Part shown: positions 39,884 through 50,429 of the stretch, one piece after another
Numbering within the stretch: position 1 is the stretch's first letter
How the letters are laid out: the number at the start of each line of letters is the position of its first letter
Origin: Candidatus Latescibacterota bacterium
Lineage (GTDB): Bacteria; Latescibacterota; UBA2968
Direction of reading: 5' to 3'
Assembly (NCBI GenBank): GCA_965204745.1
Contig: OZ242010.1
Coordinates: 2,656,001-2,720,000, forward strand
DNA length: 64,000 bases
The notes under the pieces: model-generated
The model's input: only the letters and a program-made list of their open reading frames with translations
What the model was told of the DNA's origin: nothing
The model's database searches: none
Program-made: the position numbers and the translations under genes

Positions 39884-41040
39884 TTCGTCAGTGTCAGGGT
39901 ACGCACGTTTGGCGCGATTTCCGAGAATAACCGAGCCTCGTCAGTGCCTAGCAGTGGTTCAGGATATACAATTGTAGAATCCGTCTTACTCTGGCGATCC
40001 GGTAGCGTCGCCAGCAAGATCAATTCGGGGGGCCGGGCCGTGAACAGCACGTTGGGGTATGTCGCACGAAAAGGCTCGACGCGGCAGTGCCACAGGTAGG
40101 TTCGGAAAACTTCGTCAAGCAGGCATTCCGTGACTGCACCAATCCGATCTCGCTGATCTGAGCTCATCCTAACGATAGGCACATTGCCCATGTATGGGAT
40201 ACTGCGCGGATCAATGTCGCGGAGGCAATCCACGACTACCATTGGCACATGCCGTCGTTTGGCTTCAATTACCTCTATACGGCACCAATCGCGGGACGAG
40301 TAGGAGTCCGTGTGCAACGCCACGAAGGCACTGGTTTCGATCTGATGCAGTATAACCTCCTGAAAGGATAATCCAGGCGGAATGTCATAGACATCAAAAA
40401 AGCTCGACAAAACACTGTTTTGGTGTAGCCAATCGCGGCTACTGCGTGCGACAGATTCACCGTCATCGTCGTGCTTTGAGTGACTGATAAATACTTGGAA
40501 TTTCTTCAAGTATTCGGGAAAAGGTTCCTCTGCTACTTCTGGCCGGCGGAACAGGTCGAGACGATACCTCAGCATTCGGCTAAATTCATTGGTGAGATCG
40601 CGAACGAGACGCCGCTCCCGTTCCGCATCTGGGCCTTCCCAACGATCCCAGCGCAATGCCTGCTCTTCAAATTGCAGTTCACGATCTCCAGCTTCCATTA
40701 CAACGGGGAAGAGTCGAGTGAGTAGTCGGCCTTTAGCCTGTGCGTTTTGGGAAAGTTCCTGAACGTAGTTCGACCATGCTTGGTCGCTGTCGAGTGCCGA
40801 GTCCACCAGCACGACGACTGCGGTAATTTCTGCTTCGTCCCAGTCAATCGGTAGGGGCACAAGATCGCCAGGCACCGCTTCACTGCGGTAGAGAATGCTC
40901 AAGCCTAGATCGCCGGCAACATTTTGATGGAGGTCTCGGCCGAATTTCGAGTGGAGCAAATCAGCCACCTTGCGACCACTTTTATTTGAGGGGTGCCAGA
41001 CGACATAGAGAGCGAAAAATGGGCGCGTTGTTGTTTCCAT
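39862..41040 (-). CDS. TIR-domain protein
   Basis: VFISHSKHD, FFDVYDIPPG, YSSRDWCRIEV with the catalytic Glu. Confidence 0.85.
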   Translation of the reverse strand: METTTRPFFALYVVWHPSNKSGRKVADLLHSKFGRDLHQNVAGDLGLSILYRSEAVPGDLVPLPIDWDEAEITAVVVLVDSALDSDQAWSNYVQELSQNAQAKGRLLTRLFPVVMEAGDRELQFEEQALRWDRWEGPDAERERRLVRDLTNEFSRMLRYRLDLFRRPEVAEEPFPEYLKKFQVFISHSKHDDDGESVARSSRDWLHQNSVLSSFFDVYDIPPGLSFQEVILHQIETSAFVALHTDSYSSRDWCRIEVIEAKRRHVPMVVVDCLRDIDPRSIPYMGNVPIVRMSSDQRDRIGAVTECLLDEVFRTYLWHCRVEPFRATYPNVLFTARPPELILLATLPDRQSKTDSTIVYPEPLLGTDEARLFSEIAPNVRTLTLTKWMEENQ

Positions 41041-41153
41041 ATCGTGTCAAATGCTCCTAAGTGAGTGCGTTACCTCTGAAAGTCAGTTGGCAAAGGCTTG
41101 CGTTCCTGTACCAACGACGCAATGTCTTGGTCTGAGTACGTGACTGCCAGGCG

Positions 41154-42383
41154 TTACTCCGGTTTGACCAACCGCACCCGTCCCGTGAGAAGTTGTTGCA
41201 TCATCCCCTGCTTGATGGCACTGGTCTTATCCCGGCGTCGTTCCAGCGCGGCGATCTCGGCGTCCATGTCGGAGAGGATGGTGGCGATGGCGCGTTGCTC
41301 TCTGATAGGCGGTATCGCGATCACGAGGGGGGCTAAATCTTTTCCATGAACATGTGGTTGAGCACCGCCGGTTTGAGCGCGATAAATTTGTTCTTGTCTG
41401 AGTAGCATCTGATAGAAGATATATTTGATCGAATAGTTTGGAGCATCGCTGATAGTTGAACAGTCCGAAGCGAAAATTGGCCTGTCCCAATAAGCTACAT
41501 AGCCGGCATAAGCACCTGATGCGCTCACCGTTATCGTTTTGCCAGCGCGGTTCGCGTAATTGTGAAAGTAGGCGGGTTTCTTTCCTCCGGCTACAACTGG
41601 CACGATACCGGGCGTTAGAGAGCTTTCGGTTATCGGTTGCCCTTTCCTGATAGAGACTATCTCTCCCAACCGCTTCGTCTCCCACGCCCCGCTGAACCCC
41701 GGCAGGCGCGTCTTGCCGGTGAGGAGTTGTTGCATGGTGGCCTGCTTGATGGCGCGCTTCTTGGCGATCAGCGCGTCCAATGACTGGATTAGGCCATCCA
41801 CATCTGACAACACCTCGGCGATGGCGCGTTGCTCGGAGAGAGGCGGTAGTGGTATGCGAATATCCCTAAGTGCTCGCTTCGATATGCCAAAGACTTTTAG
41901 ACCGGTAGCAAGCCGACGCAACTGTATCTTCACGGGTGTTTTTTCCAGAAGATAGCCGCGATAGCCGGCACGAGTTTTCTCGTTCTTTGCCCTCAAAAGG
42001 AAAGTGTGGAGTCCTGAAACTGCTTCAGTCGCTCCGAGATTGCGAATTTCCACGCTTTTTCCGACACCTGCTTCGTCTTCGGAAGCATCCGCGACAATTA
42101 GATCGCCATCACGAAGGCGAGGAACGGTGACATTTTTATTTGCCAAAAGACGCGGCACTTCGTCAGAACAAAAATCTATGAAGTGATGAAAGCGGGTATG
42201 GATGTCACCGTAATGCACATACGATACAGTGCCAGTATGGCCCAGGTCGGCTCTTGAATTAGAAGCGGTGGGCAAATAGTCGAAAAGCTCGCCAATGGAG
42301 AACACAGACCAATCAGTTGGAATCACCCCAACCTCAGTGTGCTTATATCCTATCGGTGCGGGTTTTGTCGTATCCGCGTTCAT
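41154..42383 (-). CDS. hsdS: type I R-M specificity subunit (allele A)
   Basis: GYKHTEVGVIP.DW, two TRDs, EQRAIA..LSD and KQGMMQQLLTG conserved repeats. Confidence 0.94.
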   Translation of the reverse strand: MNADTTKPAPIGYKHTEVGVIPTDWSVFSIGELFDYLPTASNSRADLGHTGTVSYVHYGDIHTRFHHFIDFCSDEVPRLLANKNVTVPRLRDGDLIVADASEDEAGVGKSVEIRNLGATEAVSGLHTFLLRAKNEKTRAGYRGYLLEKTPVKIQLRRLATGLKVFGISKRALRDIRIPLPPLSEQRAIAEVLSDVDGLIQSLDALIAKKRAIKQATMQQLLTGKTRLPGFSGAWETKRLGEIVSIRKGQPITESSLTPGIVPVVAGGKKPAYFHNYANRAGKTITVSASGAYAGYVAYWDRPIFASDCSTISDAPNYSIKYIFYQMLLRQEQIYRAQTGGAQPHVHGKDLAPLVIAIPPIREQRAIATILSDMDAEIAALERRRDKTSAIKQGMMQQLLTGRVRLVKPE

Positions 42384-42432
42384 GTATGTAACTGTACCTT
42401 TCAAAAAGAAGAACAGGCCGATTTATATTAAA

Positions 42433-43512
42433 TAGGACTTACGCAAAAAAGAACGGGATCGACCCCCCATCCTCACATTGGAGGTCTGTATGGCGAAACC
42501 AACGCGCCTGGATTACTGCCAGTATCTGCTTAGCAGTCCGCTCAATTATACCCTGACTCATTTCGCAGATCACAGCGACCGGTTCACGCATGATATGCTC
42601 AACCGCTATCTGGGTGGGGATCGCGTCTCGCCGCGTGTGATCTGGAAAAACGTCAAACCCCACCTCACGTCGACCGCAAAGGGCGTGATTCTCTTTGATG
42701 ACACGGTCTTAGACAAGCGCTATGCGAAAAAGATGGCCCTCGTGCGTCGGCAATACAGTGGCAATGCGAAGGGGGTCATCAATGGGATCGGTGTGGTGAC
42801 GTGTGTGTATGTCAATCCGGTTACCGATCAGTTTTGGTTGATTGACTATCGCATTTACGACCCAGAAGGGGATGGAAAAACCAAGTTAGACCACGTCAAA
42901 GAGATGTTGTCGCTCTTGGTCTATCACAAAAAGCTGCCTTTTGATCGGGTCGTGATGTTGACTTGGTATGCCACCAAAGCGGTCATGCTTCACATTGAGC
43001 ACTTACAAAAGATCTATTCCTGTCCTATCAAAAAGAATCGCCTCGTGGACGATTCGTCAGGTGAAAACCCCTATCAACGGGTCGATGCCTTAACTTGGAC
43101 AAAACGCGAACAGGCCACAGGAAAACGCATTAAACTCAGAGGGTTCCCTAAAAACCACAAGGTGAACGTATTCCGGGTCGCGTCTGCGACGAGACGCACG
43201 GCGTATATCGTAACCAACGACTTGACTCAAACCGACCCGTCAGTGGCACGAGCAGTGTGTCACTTGCGTTGGAAGATTGAGCAAGTTCACCGGGAAGCAA
43301 AACAGGTGACGGGACTTGAAAAGTGTCAATGCCGATTGGCACGCATTGTGCGAAACCACATCGGGTGTGCCTTCCTCGTTTGGGGACGACTGACCCAAGT
43401 CGCCTATCAGACTGGACAAACCATCTATCAAGTCAAACATGGCTTATGGGAGGACTATTTGAGACAACAACTCAAAACACCGGCGATACCAATGACCCTG
43501 GCGTAAGTCCTA
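42433..43512 (+). mobile_element. IS701-family insertion sequence
   Basis: Terminal IRs TAGGACTTACGC / GCGTAAGTCCTA, flanked by duplicated TTAAA (or TAA). Confidence 0.88.
42490..43506 (+). CDS. IS701-family DDE transposase, probably defective
   Basis: LFDDTVLDK, RRQYSGN, RWKIEQ.HRE.KQ. The second-Asp region reads VVMLTWY instead of the usual MD(S/T)WY. Confidence 0.82.
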   Translation: MAKPTRLDYCQYLLSSPLNYTLTHFADHSDRFTHDMLNRYLGGDRVSPRVIWKNVKPHLTSTAKGVILFDDTVLDKRYAKKMALVRRQYSGNAKGVINGIGVVTCVYVNPVTDQFWLIDYRIYDPEGDGKTKLDHVKEMLSLLVYHKKLPFDRVVMLTWYATKAVMLHIEHLQKIYSCPIKKNRLVDDSSGENPYQRVDALTWTKREQATGKRIKLRGFPKNHKVNVFRVASATRRTAYIVTNDLTQTDPSVARAVCHLRWKIEQVHREAKQVTGLEKCQCRLARIVRNHIGCAFLVWGRLTQVAYQTGQTIYQVKHGLWEDYLRQQLKTPAIPMTLA

Positions 43513-43529
43513 TTAAAGCCTGCGTTAAA

Positions 43530-43655
43530 TATAATAGACAAAGTAAAACGCCCGTGTTCCATTAGATAGGCCAGTGCTTTAGAAAGCACGACTGGATCCT
43601 CTCGCATGATGGCAGAAATAATGTCTGTATCCAGTACTACAGGTCGTAGAGCCAT
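43530..43655 (-). pseudogene. truncated PIN (VapC-like) toxin
   Basis: VVLDTDIIS N-terminal motif; cut at the palindromic repeat. Confidence 0.75.
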
Positions 43656-43888
43656 CAGATGTTTGCCTGTTCAAAGAAATCCCGGCGGCGAGCTATGGCC
43701 TCGATCTCATCGATATCCTGCTCAGAAAGCCCTTGGTACACTTGGGCGGCCAGTTTCAGTATATCCTCGGCCGATGGTTCGGTTAGAGGCTCTATTTCCA
43801 AACGGACTTGCTGTCCTTGGGGAATCTCTGGTGCCTTTACCGGTTTGAAGACGCCATTTTCATAGACGGCTTTCACGATAGGTTTCAT
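43655..43888 (-). CDS. DUF104/AF2212-like antitoxin
   Basis: KAVYENGVFKP...IPQGQQVRL; coupled to the PIN gene. Confidence 0.85.
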   Translation of the reverse strand: MKPIVKAVYENGVFKPVKAPEIPQGQQVRLEIEPLTEPSAEDILKLAAQVYQGLSEQDIDEIEAIARRRDFFEQANI

Positions 43889-44043
43889 GCGTTTCTCCTC
43901 GTCTTAATGTCGCGAGTCTCGAAAAAAAATAAATGGCTGGCTTTCGCGCCATTGGCAACTCATTTCTCCTCCGAGATCAACTGCAAAATTTCCGGTGTCA
44001 GACCGCGCTGGAGCGAGGGCCAAATCGGCATTATTGGCTCGCA

Positions 44044-45180
44044 TTACTTAAAGGCAAGCGCATCGCGGTCATCAAAAGGAATCTCGCGGCGGGATTCCCG
44101 GCGGTTGGCTATCTCCAAGTCCGCGAGCTCTGCTAGAATCTTTCTGGCGACTTGCTTTGCATAAAGTGGTGGTACTGCGTTGCCGATGAGATTACATACG
44201 GCCTCCATCTGATTCGTGATAAAGTGGTAATTCTCTGGAAACGTTTGAAGCAAAGCCGCCTCCCGAACAGAGATAGTGAACCGTCGCTTGTCCGGGTGTC
44301 CGAATCGGCCTTTGCTCGCTGTCGTACATCCGCCCGTGATCGTAGGGGATACGCGATCCCACACCATTCTGCCGTAAGTGTTTGTGAATCCCTTGTATCC
44401 ATTCTGGTGGCAGCGTGGACGCACGGACTCGTCAATTCCCAACCAAGTTTGTCCAGGCTCTGCCGCTTGCAGTCGTGCCTTCACTTGCGGCTGGAGGTCT
44501 CTAACCACATGCCAGTTGTACGCTTGGGGGTTGGCGCGTGCTGTCTTTAGTGTGATGGGTTCTCCCATGTGACCGATGGTTTCCCTCACTGTATTCCAGG
44601 GTTGCAAGGCGGAACCTTCCTCTGGCGACTGAGCGTAGGTCGGTTCAGGGAATGGAATCTTGAATCCAAGCCCGGCCAAGAGGACCAAACGCTGTCGGGA
44701 TTGCGGAACGCCAAAGTCGGCCATCTGCTCAATGCGCCACTCACATTGATAGCCACTCCGATGAAGGATTTTTAGAAACGCATCGAAAACGGGCTTTCCG
44801 CGACTTACAAGGCCAGAGACATTTTCCATCATGACGGCCTTGGGCCGAATAGCCTCAATGAACTCGGCCATGATGAGAAGGAGTGCATTGCGCGGGTCGT
44901 CCTTCTTGTACTTGGTCGTTAGGGAACAGAAGCCCTGGCAGGGCGCGCAACCGGCCAACAATGAGATTGGCTCGCTACCGGTTGTCTGTAAGAGCTCCGC
45001 TGTGTTGACCTCATAGATATCCTTTTCGATCATAAAGGTTCGCCGGTTGTTCCATTTATACGTTCGCGCCGCGATGGGATCGTTTTCCACCGCTGCCGAG
45101 ACATGAAAGCCCGCGTCACGCAAGCCCTTGGTAAGACCGCCACAACCGGCGAATAGATCTATTGCAAAGGGTTTGTTCAT
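44044..45180 (-). CDS. dcm: C5-cytosine DNA methyltransferase
   Basis: [42 protein letters not shown]. Confidence 0.93.
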   Translation of the reverse strand: MNKPFAIDLFAGCGGLTKGLRDAGFHVSAAVENDPIAARTYKWNNRRTFMIEKDIYEVNTAELLQTTGSEPISLLAGCAPCQGFCSLTTKYKKDDPRNALLLIMAEFIEAIRPKAVMMENVSGLVSRGKPVFDAFLKILHRSGYQCEWRIEQMADFGVPQSRQRLVLLAGLGFKIPFPEPTYAQSPEEGSALQPWNTVRETIGHMGEPITLKTARANPQAYNWHVVRDLQPQVKARLQAAEPGQTWLGIDESVRPRCHQNGYKGFTNTYGRMVWDRVSPTITGGCTTASKGRFGHPDKRRFTISVREAALLQTFPENYHFITNQMEAVCNLIGNAVPPLYAKQVARKILAELADLEIANRRESRREIPFDDRDALAFK

Positions 45181-45182
45181 TT

Positions 45183-47127
45183 TTATTCGCCTCCGTTCCG
45201 TAACTCAAGGATTCTCGGGTCGTTCTGTGGGGCACGTTGCGTAACGGCATCGAGAAATTCTTTGTGCATAGATTCAGCGGTTGTCAACAAATTATCCCAA
45301 GTTCGGATATCGAACGTTCCCGCATTTTGCATGGTATTGGCGTGCTCTTCGTCGCCCGGACGAATTCGGTCTGCGATGATTAGCAGTCCCTTTACAACCG
45401 TTCTCTTATATGTGTTGTCCGTTGATCCGTCTTGAAGTGGTTTACGCAAAAAAAGGACATAGTCTTCAAGCTGGCGAAATTCATCCCGCCCCACAAGAGC
45501 ACCCGGACGCTTTACTTCCACTACATGAGCTGTCTGATAGAGATCTCCAAGACAGAAGAAATCAAGGCGTCGCCTACCTTCTTTGCTCTTTGGGACAGAA
45601 ATATTAAATTCGTTGCATATCAGGTTATCTAGAGACTGCTCATGCGTCAACATCGTCCACTTAGGGTCGATGAGCCAGGGATGATCTCGGAGGTAATCCT
45701 GCATGTCCGGCTTCTCTGGAACTCTATCTTTGATCATCTGCGCGAACTTTTGGATGATCTCCACGCGCCCCTTGACGAGATGTGCGGTATTCACGGCTTC
45801 GATGATGTCCCATTCAGAAAGGACTTCTTCGAAATGCTCAATATCGTCTGGCGAGGCCGTGTTTAACCTTCTTATCGCGTCGAGGAAACTCCGATTCGTC
45901 AGCGCGTTATAGGCGAACTCGACGAGTTCATCCGTAATATCCTTGCCATCTTCATGCTTATCGAGTTGAGGGATAGCGCAAATGCGGTCGACGACCGTCT
46001 TGAAAATTTTGCGCTCTTTTTCGGGTAGATTCTCCGCTTGTTCTAGGTAATGCTTTACCTTGGAACTTTTGGTTTTGGCTTCGCGCCTCTTGTCCGCCCA
46101 TGTCTCCAGCAACTCTCTGATCGTCTTGCGTCCCCATTCTTTCAGAGGTACTGCCGTGGGGTCTTCCCATCTAACTGTGCCCCTGTCGGTGGCGATCAGA
46201 TCCTCCCTTTCGTCGAGAAAATCCGCTTTGATTTCGCCTGTGAGATACTGCATTCCGTGCTGACCCCACACGCCACCGCTCAGGTCAAAGAACCAAGGTG
46301 CCTGAGCCAGTTTGCCGCGCACATACACCACAAAGCCGCGCTGTTCTTCCTCTGGGATCGTATCCTTGCAGAAACCTACCCACCATTGTATCTCCTGACC
46401 GTTCGATAGCTCGGCTACTGCCCAACCGCCGGTATTTTCTGGAAACCGAAATTGAAATGGAATCTCTTGTCTCGATATAGGGATTCCATTTACGTGGACC
46501 GTAAAGTTCTGATCGAGCACCAGCAGTCTTCTGGCGATACTCCGTTTGAATTGCTCCTCGTTAATAGCGCGGCTGATTTTCAGACGGGACAGCGTTATCG
46601 TCGTGCCGTTCCCGTCCGCAGTGCTTTTGCCATCATCAGATAGCGTGTCAGCCTCGTATCCTGCGTCATCTGCTAAATTGGGGTTTTTAGTCAACTTCTC
46701 GTAATCCCATGCGAAGTGCTGAATCTCCTGCTCATTGATGGATCGGACCTCAATGAGGTCGGCGATGCCGAATCCAGCGAGTTTGCCGATGCCTTTTCGG
46801 CCTTGGACTTTTCGAGGACTCATGCCGTTATATTCCTGGGTCCACCCAGTTGCCCCTGAGCGTCGATCTCTCCCCACTGCTAGGTAAAGTGAATTGCAAT
46901 CAACGTAATTCATGCCGTGGCCATCGTCTTTGACGACGATTTTATCAGTTTGCTGAATTGGGCGTCCCGTTGGAATCTCGATCCTTATGTTCCTTGCCAT
47001 TGCGTCGTAAGCATTTGAAATAAGTTCAGAAATGGCGGGAACGGCCCCAGAATACATCTGTAAGCCGAGGTGTTTGAAAAGTTGACCGGCCACGGTCGTC
47101 TTATATACGCGGCGGTTATTTTGCATC
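45183..47127 (-). CDS. GHKL (MORC/HATPase_c_3) ATPase fused to a PD-(D/E)XK nuclease
   Basis: [26 protein letters not shown]-terminal R.D....VVEVKRP. Confidence 0.85.
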
Positions 47128-47137
47128 TTTGCTCTCC

Positions 47138-47527
47138 TTAGAAATGCTGGACATTCGCAACTCGCCACTGATTCGTTGCGGAAAGGACAGACGCGATACC
47201 CGGGGAAGTCAGAAGAGAAGCGGCAGACGCTGTCTGTTGAATCTCCGGGTAGGCGCGATAGAACTCCCGGAATTTCCGCAAATTTGTGGGCGAGCAGCCT
47301 TTCAATCCACTGGCCTTGAGTTCGGCGGACAGCCGCACAATCAGTTTTTTGCCGTAGAGCCTGCTACGATCTACCCCGCCTTCCTCGTACTCGACGATGT
47401 ACCAGCCGAACAGCCAGTTGCGCGTCACCAAGTACGTGTCCATGACACGGGCGGCAGAGCGTTGGCTCTCCTCGTGGGTCCGCCGACATAAATCGACGAG
47501 ATGCCCAAAATCAAATTCCCGACTCAT
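47138..47527 (-). pseudogene. DUF1016/YhcG N-terminal fragment
   Basis: NWLFGWYIVEYE.GG.DR..YG, G.S.TNL..FR.FY; the nuclease half is absent. Confidence 0.75.
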
Positions 47528-47564
47528 GGTGTCACCTCCATTTTTTTTTGTTGGTCATCGTCCG

Positions 47565-48740
47565 CTATTCCGCATCTTCTATTGGCTTGTCGATAAATAG
47601 ATTGACGTAATCCGTGTACTCGAATCGACGGTTGCGTTTTCGCCCGGTGATCTCTTGGAGGATGCCGTGCTCGATAAGTTTGGTTACGATATTGTTGGCG
47701 ACGGGATATGTTGACTCAAGCAGGCCCTGAACCTCGGCAACCGAGATAAAGGGTTTTTGGTAGAGATGTTCGAGCACGCGATGTCCATTGGCAGCGGTGC
47801 GCCCAAGTTGATCGGTAATAATCTGCCGGTGGTTCTCGCGCATTGTGAGAATCCTTTGAGCAGTATGCGTGGCTTGTTGGCTAACCAAAAAAACACCTTC
47901 GAGAAAAAAAGTAAGCCAGGACTCCCAATCACCTTGGTCGCGTACATATTGAAGGTGGTCGTAATACTCTTGGCGATACAACTTGAAGAAGTACGAAAGG
48001 TAGAGCACGGGCCTGATCAAGGCTTTCTGATCACATAGCATCAAAGTGATGAGCAGGCGCCCAAGGCGACCGTTGCCATCGCGGAAGGGATGGATAGTCT
48101 CGAATTGTGCGTGGACAAGGCCGACCCTAATCAAGAGCGGGAGCGATGTGTCCTCCTGAAGGAAGCATTCCAACTCGTTCAGGGCATTTGGTACCTCGTG
48201 AGGCGGAGGAGGAACAAAGATGGCATCGGACAAGGGGCCGGGAGGGCCGATCCAGTTTTGTAACAAGCGCAACTCTCCAGGCGTCCTGTCTTGTCCACGA
48301 GTGCCAGTTAGCAACTCCTTGTGGATTTCCCGCAGGAGACAAATAGAGATTGGCCGGCCATCCTCAAGGCATTTGAGACCGTGATTCATGGCGCGAACGT
48401 AGTTGATTACCTCATCGACATCCCGTGGCCGATCAGGGGAGAAAATGCGGGCTTCGGCGGCGAGAACATCATGTAATGAACTCTGGGTGCCTTCAATCTG
48501 GCTGGAGAGCACGGCTTCCTTGCGGACGTACATGGCGACAAAAAGATCGGGATGTGGTAGCGTCTGGATCGAGCCATCGAGACGGCCCAAGGCGTGGTCG
48601 GCCTGCGAGAGCAGAATTTGCATTTTGCCCTGAAGATTGATCGGCGGGTTCGGCGGTAGCGGCTTGGGGATAAAAGCTCGGTAGCCTCTGGCCTGAGCGA
48701 CGTACCGGCCAGCCCGAGTCTGCATTTGCGTCGTTTTCAT
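47565..48740 (-). CDS. Fic family protein with C-terminal HTH
   Basis: SSQIEGT, HPFRDGNGRLGR. Confidence 0.93.
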   Translation of the reverse strand: MKTTQMQTRAGRYVAQARGYRAFIPKPLPPNPPINLQGKMQILLSQADHALGRLDGSIQTLPHPDLFVAMYVRKEAVLSSQIEGTQSSLHDVLAAEARIFSPDRPRDVDEVINYVRAMNHGLKCLEDGRPISICLLREIHKELLTGTRGQDRTPGELRLLQNWIGPPGPLSDAIFVPPPPHEVPNALNELECFLQEDTSLPLLIRVGLVHAQFETIHPFRDGNGRLGRLLITLMLCDQKALIRPVLYLSYFFKLYRQEYYDHLQYVRDQGDWESWLTFFLEGVFLVSQQATHTAQRILTMRENHRQIITDQLGRTAANGHRVLEHLYQKPFISVAEVQGLLESTYPVANNIVTKLIEHGILQEITGRKRNRRFEYTDYVNLFIDKPIEDAE

Positions 48741-48742
48741 AG

Positions 48743-48808
48743 GTAACCGTACCTTTCCAAAAAAAGAACAGGCCGATTTATATTAAAGCCTGCATAAAAT
48801 ATAACCGA
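48743..48808 (-). repeat. ~65-bp palindrome+RBS leader repeat (module boundary)
   Basis: Matches 53635-53700 and the IS-split copy at 42388-42432 + 43513-43534. Confidence 0.9.
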
Positions 48809-48809
48809 A

Positions 48810-49060
48810 GTGAGGGCCAAATCGGCGGGCATGCCGGGAGCCGATAAGCCTCGTCCAAATTTGTGCATCCTGTGGGCGAGAAGCCGGTCAGAGGCGGCCA
48901 GTTCGTCCTGATCAATCTCATAAGCTCCGGTCTCGATGTCGATAACGACGAATTTACCTTCGTCGTTAGGGCCAACATGGGGGCTTATATCTCGGTCGTA
49001 AATCTCATCGCCACGGCGAGCAAATTCCTCTTTGCTGTACCGAGGTTTTGGTACGGGCAT
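48810..49060 (-). pseudogene. small DUF5678-like protein, apparently frameshifted
   Basis: PRYSKEEFARRG..IY, GKFVVIDIETG.YE; the tail appears to shift frame after DRLL. Confidence 0.5.
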
Positions 49061-49136
49061 TTTGTTTCTCCTTTGCATGACAGGCGGCCAAAATCACTCG
49101 CCTCAAGATACTGAACGCAACGGAACGAATCCCTCC

Positions 49137-50402
49137 TCACGGCGAAGTACCCCTCGGACTCGGCGCCGAACCTCGGTGCAACGTCAACCGCAAGTAGTCC
49201 TCGGTCGCCTCAAACTCCGGGTCGACGCCGTTGTGCGCCCGCATCAACGGAACGATCTTGTTCCGCACCCCCATGCCTCGGGCATCAGAATAGCCATAGT
49301 CCCGCAAGGTCTCGGAGATGAGCGGATTGCGGGGAACCCGCTGCCCAGCGATCATCTTTTTGACCGTCATGCCGTTTTGCAGCGCGCCAGGGCTGAGTAT
49401 CTCTATCCGATCCGCATAACGGACTACCTCGATTTCCTCATACCGCGTCCAGTCCCGATGCGTCAGCGCGTTGACAACGCCTTCGCGCAACACTTCCAAC
49501 GGATAGTGCCAGTGTCGCTCCCGGCGCATAGACGCTTCCACTCGACCGGCCTCCTCGGATACAAACGGCCGCATCGCATCGGCAAGGCGTTCGATCAGCC
49601 CCTTTTCCACCCGTTCACGGCCCCCTGACAGCACCTGATAAAGATCGACGAGCGGCCCTTCAATCACTTGGTCGTCAAGGGCCTCGTAGGTTTTCTCCGG
49701 CCCCTCAAAGCACATCCAGCGGACGCCAGCATGGCGCAACAGGCGGCGCGGCCGATAGCCGAACAGGATCAACCCGGCGATCGTACAGGCAGGTGGGCCG
49801 TCTTCCCGCTCGGTCATGAATCCCAGCGCGCAAAGCCGCTCGTTCCAGGCCTCGTCGGTTTCTGGCACTTCCCAGTCGCCGACAATCGCGGTGAGGTAGT
49901 CCATCAGCCGTTCTCGGCTCAAATCGCACAAGCCGCTGCCGGAAACGGGCAATAGCTCCGTGTGAATCAGCCCGCCGGCCGCGAAAAGCCGCGCCTGTTG
50001 CTCGCGCGAGGCCAGCCGCGAGGTGCTGCCAATCCGTATGTAGATGTCTTCCCTGCCGCGATGCCGGACGACATAAGGTTTGGTCGTACCTTGCGTAACG
50101 GTGACAACCGCGACGCGGCGTCCATCATCTATCGGAACTTCCTCGTAAAACGGCAGGATCATGGGATGCACCACGCGCCCAAACACGGCATCCATCACCC
50201 GCTGTTCGAGATCGTCTCGCTGTATGCCGGTGATGCTACCGTCGTCTTCCACGCCAAGCAGGACGCGCCCCCCCTGAAAGTTGGCGAGCGCCACCACCTC
50301 CCGCGCCAGTTGCTCTGGACGCAAATCATCCCGCTTGAACTCCACGCCAGAGTTCTCGCCGCCAGCGATCAGTTCGAGAAGTTCCGCACGTTTCATAACC
50401 AT
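49137..50402 (-). CDS. Schlafen/AlbA_2 + HATPase_c_4 protein
   Basis: GENSGVEFK, VALAN..GG..LLGVEDDG, REGVVNAL.HRDW. Confidence 0.88.
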   Translation of the reverse strand: MVMKRAELLELIAGGENSGVEFKRDDLRPEQLAREVVALANFQGGRVLLGVEDDGSITGIQRDDLEQRVMDAVFGRVVHPMILPFYEEVPIDDGRRVAVVTVTQGTTKPYVVRHRGREDIYIRIGSTSRLASREQQARLFAAGGLIHTELLPVSGSGLCDLSRERLMDYLTAIVGDWEVPETDEAWNERLCALGFMTEREDGPPACTIAGLILFGYRPRRLLRHAGVRWMCFEGPEKTYEALDDQVIEGPLVDLYQVLSGGRERVEKGLIERLADAMRPFVSEEAGRVEASMRRERHWHYPLEVLREGVVNALTHRDWTRYEEIEVVRYADRIEILSPGALQNGMTVKKMIAGQRVPRNPLISETLRDYGYSDARGMGVRNKIVPLMRAHNGVDPEFEATEDYLRLTLHRGSAPSPRGTSP

Positions 50403-50429
50403 CTCCTTTGGAGACCGTCATCCGTATCG

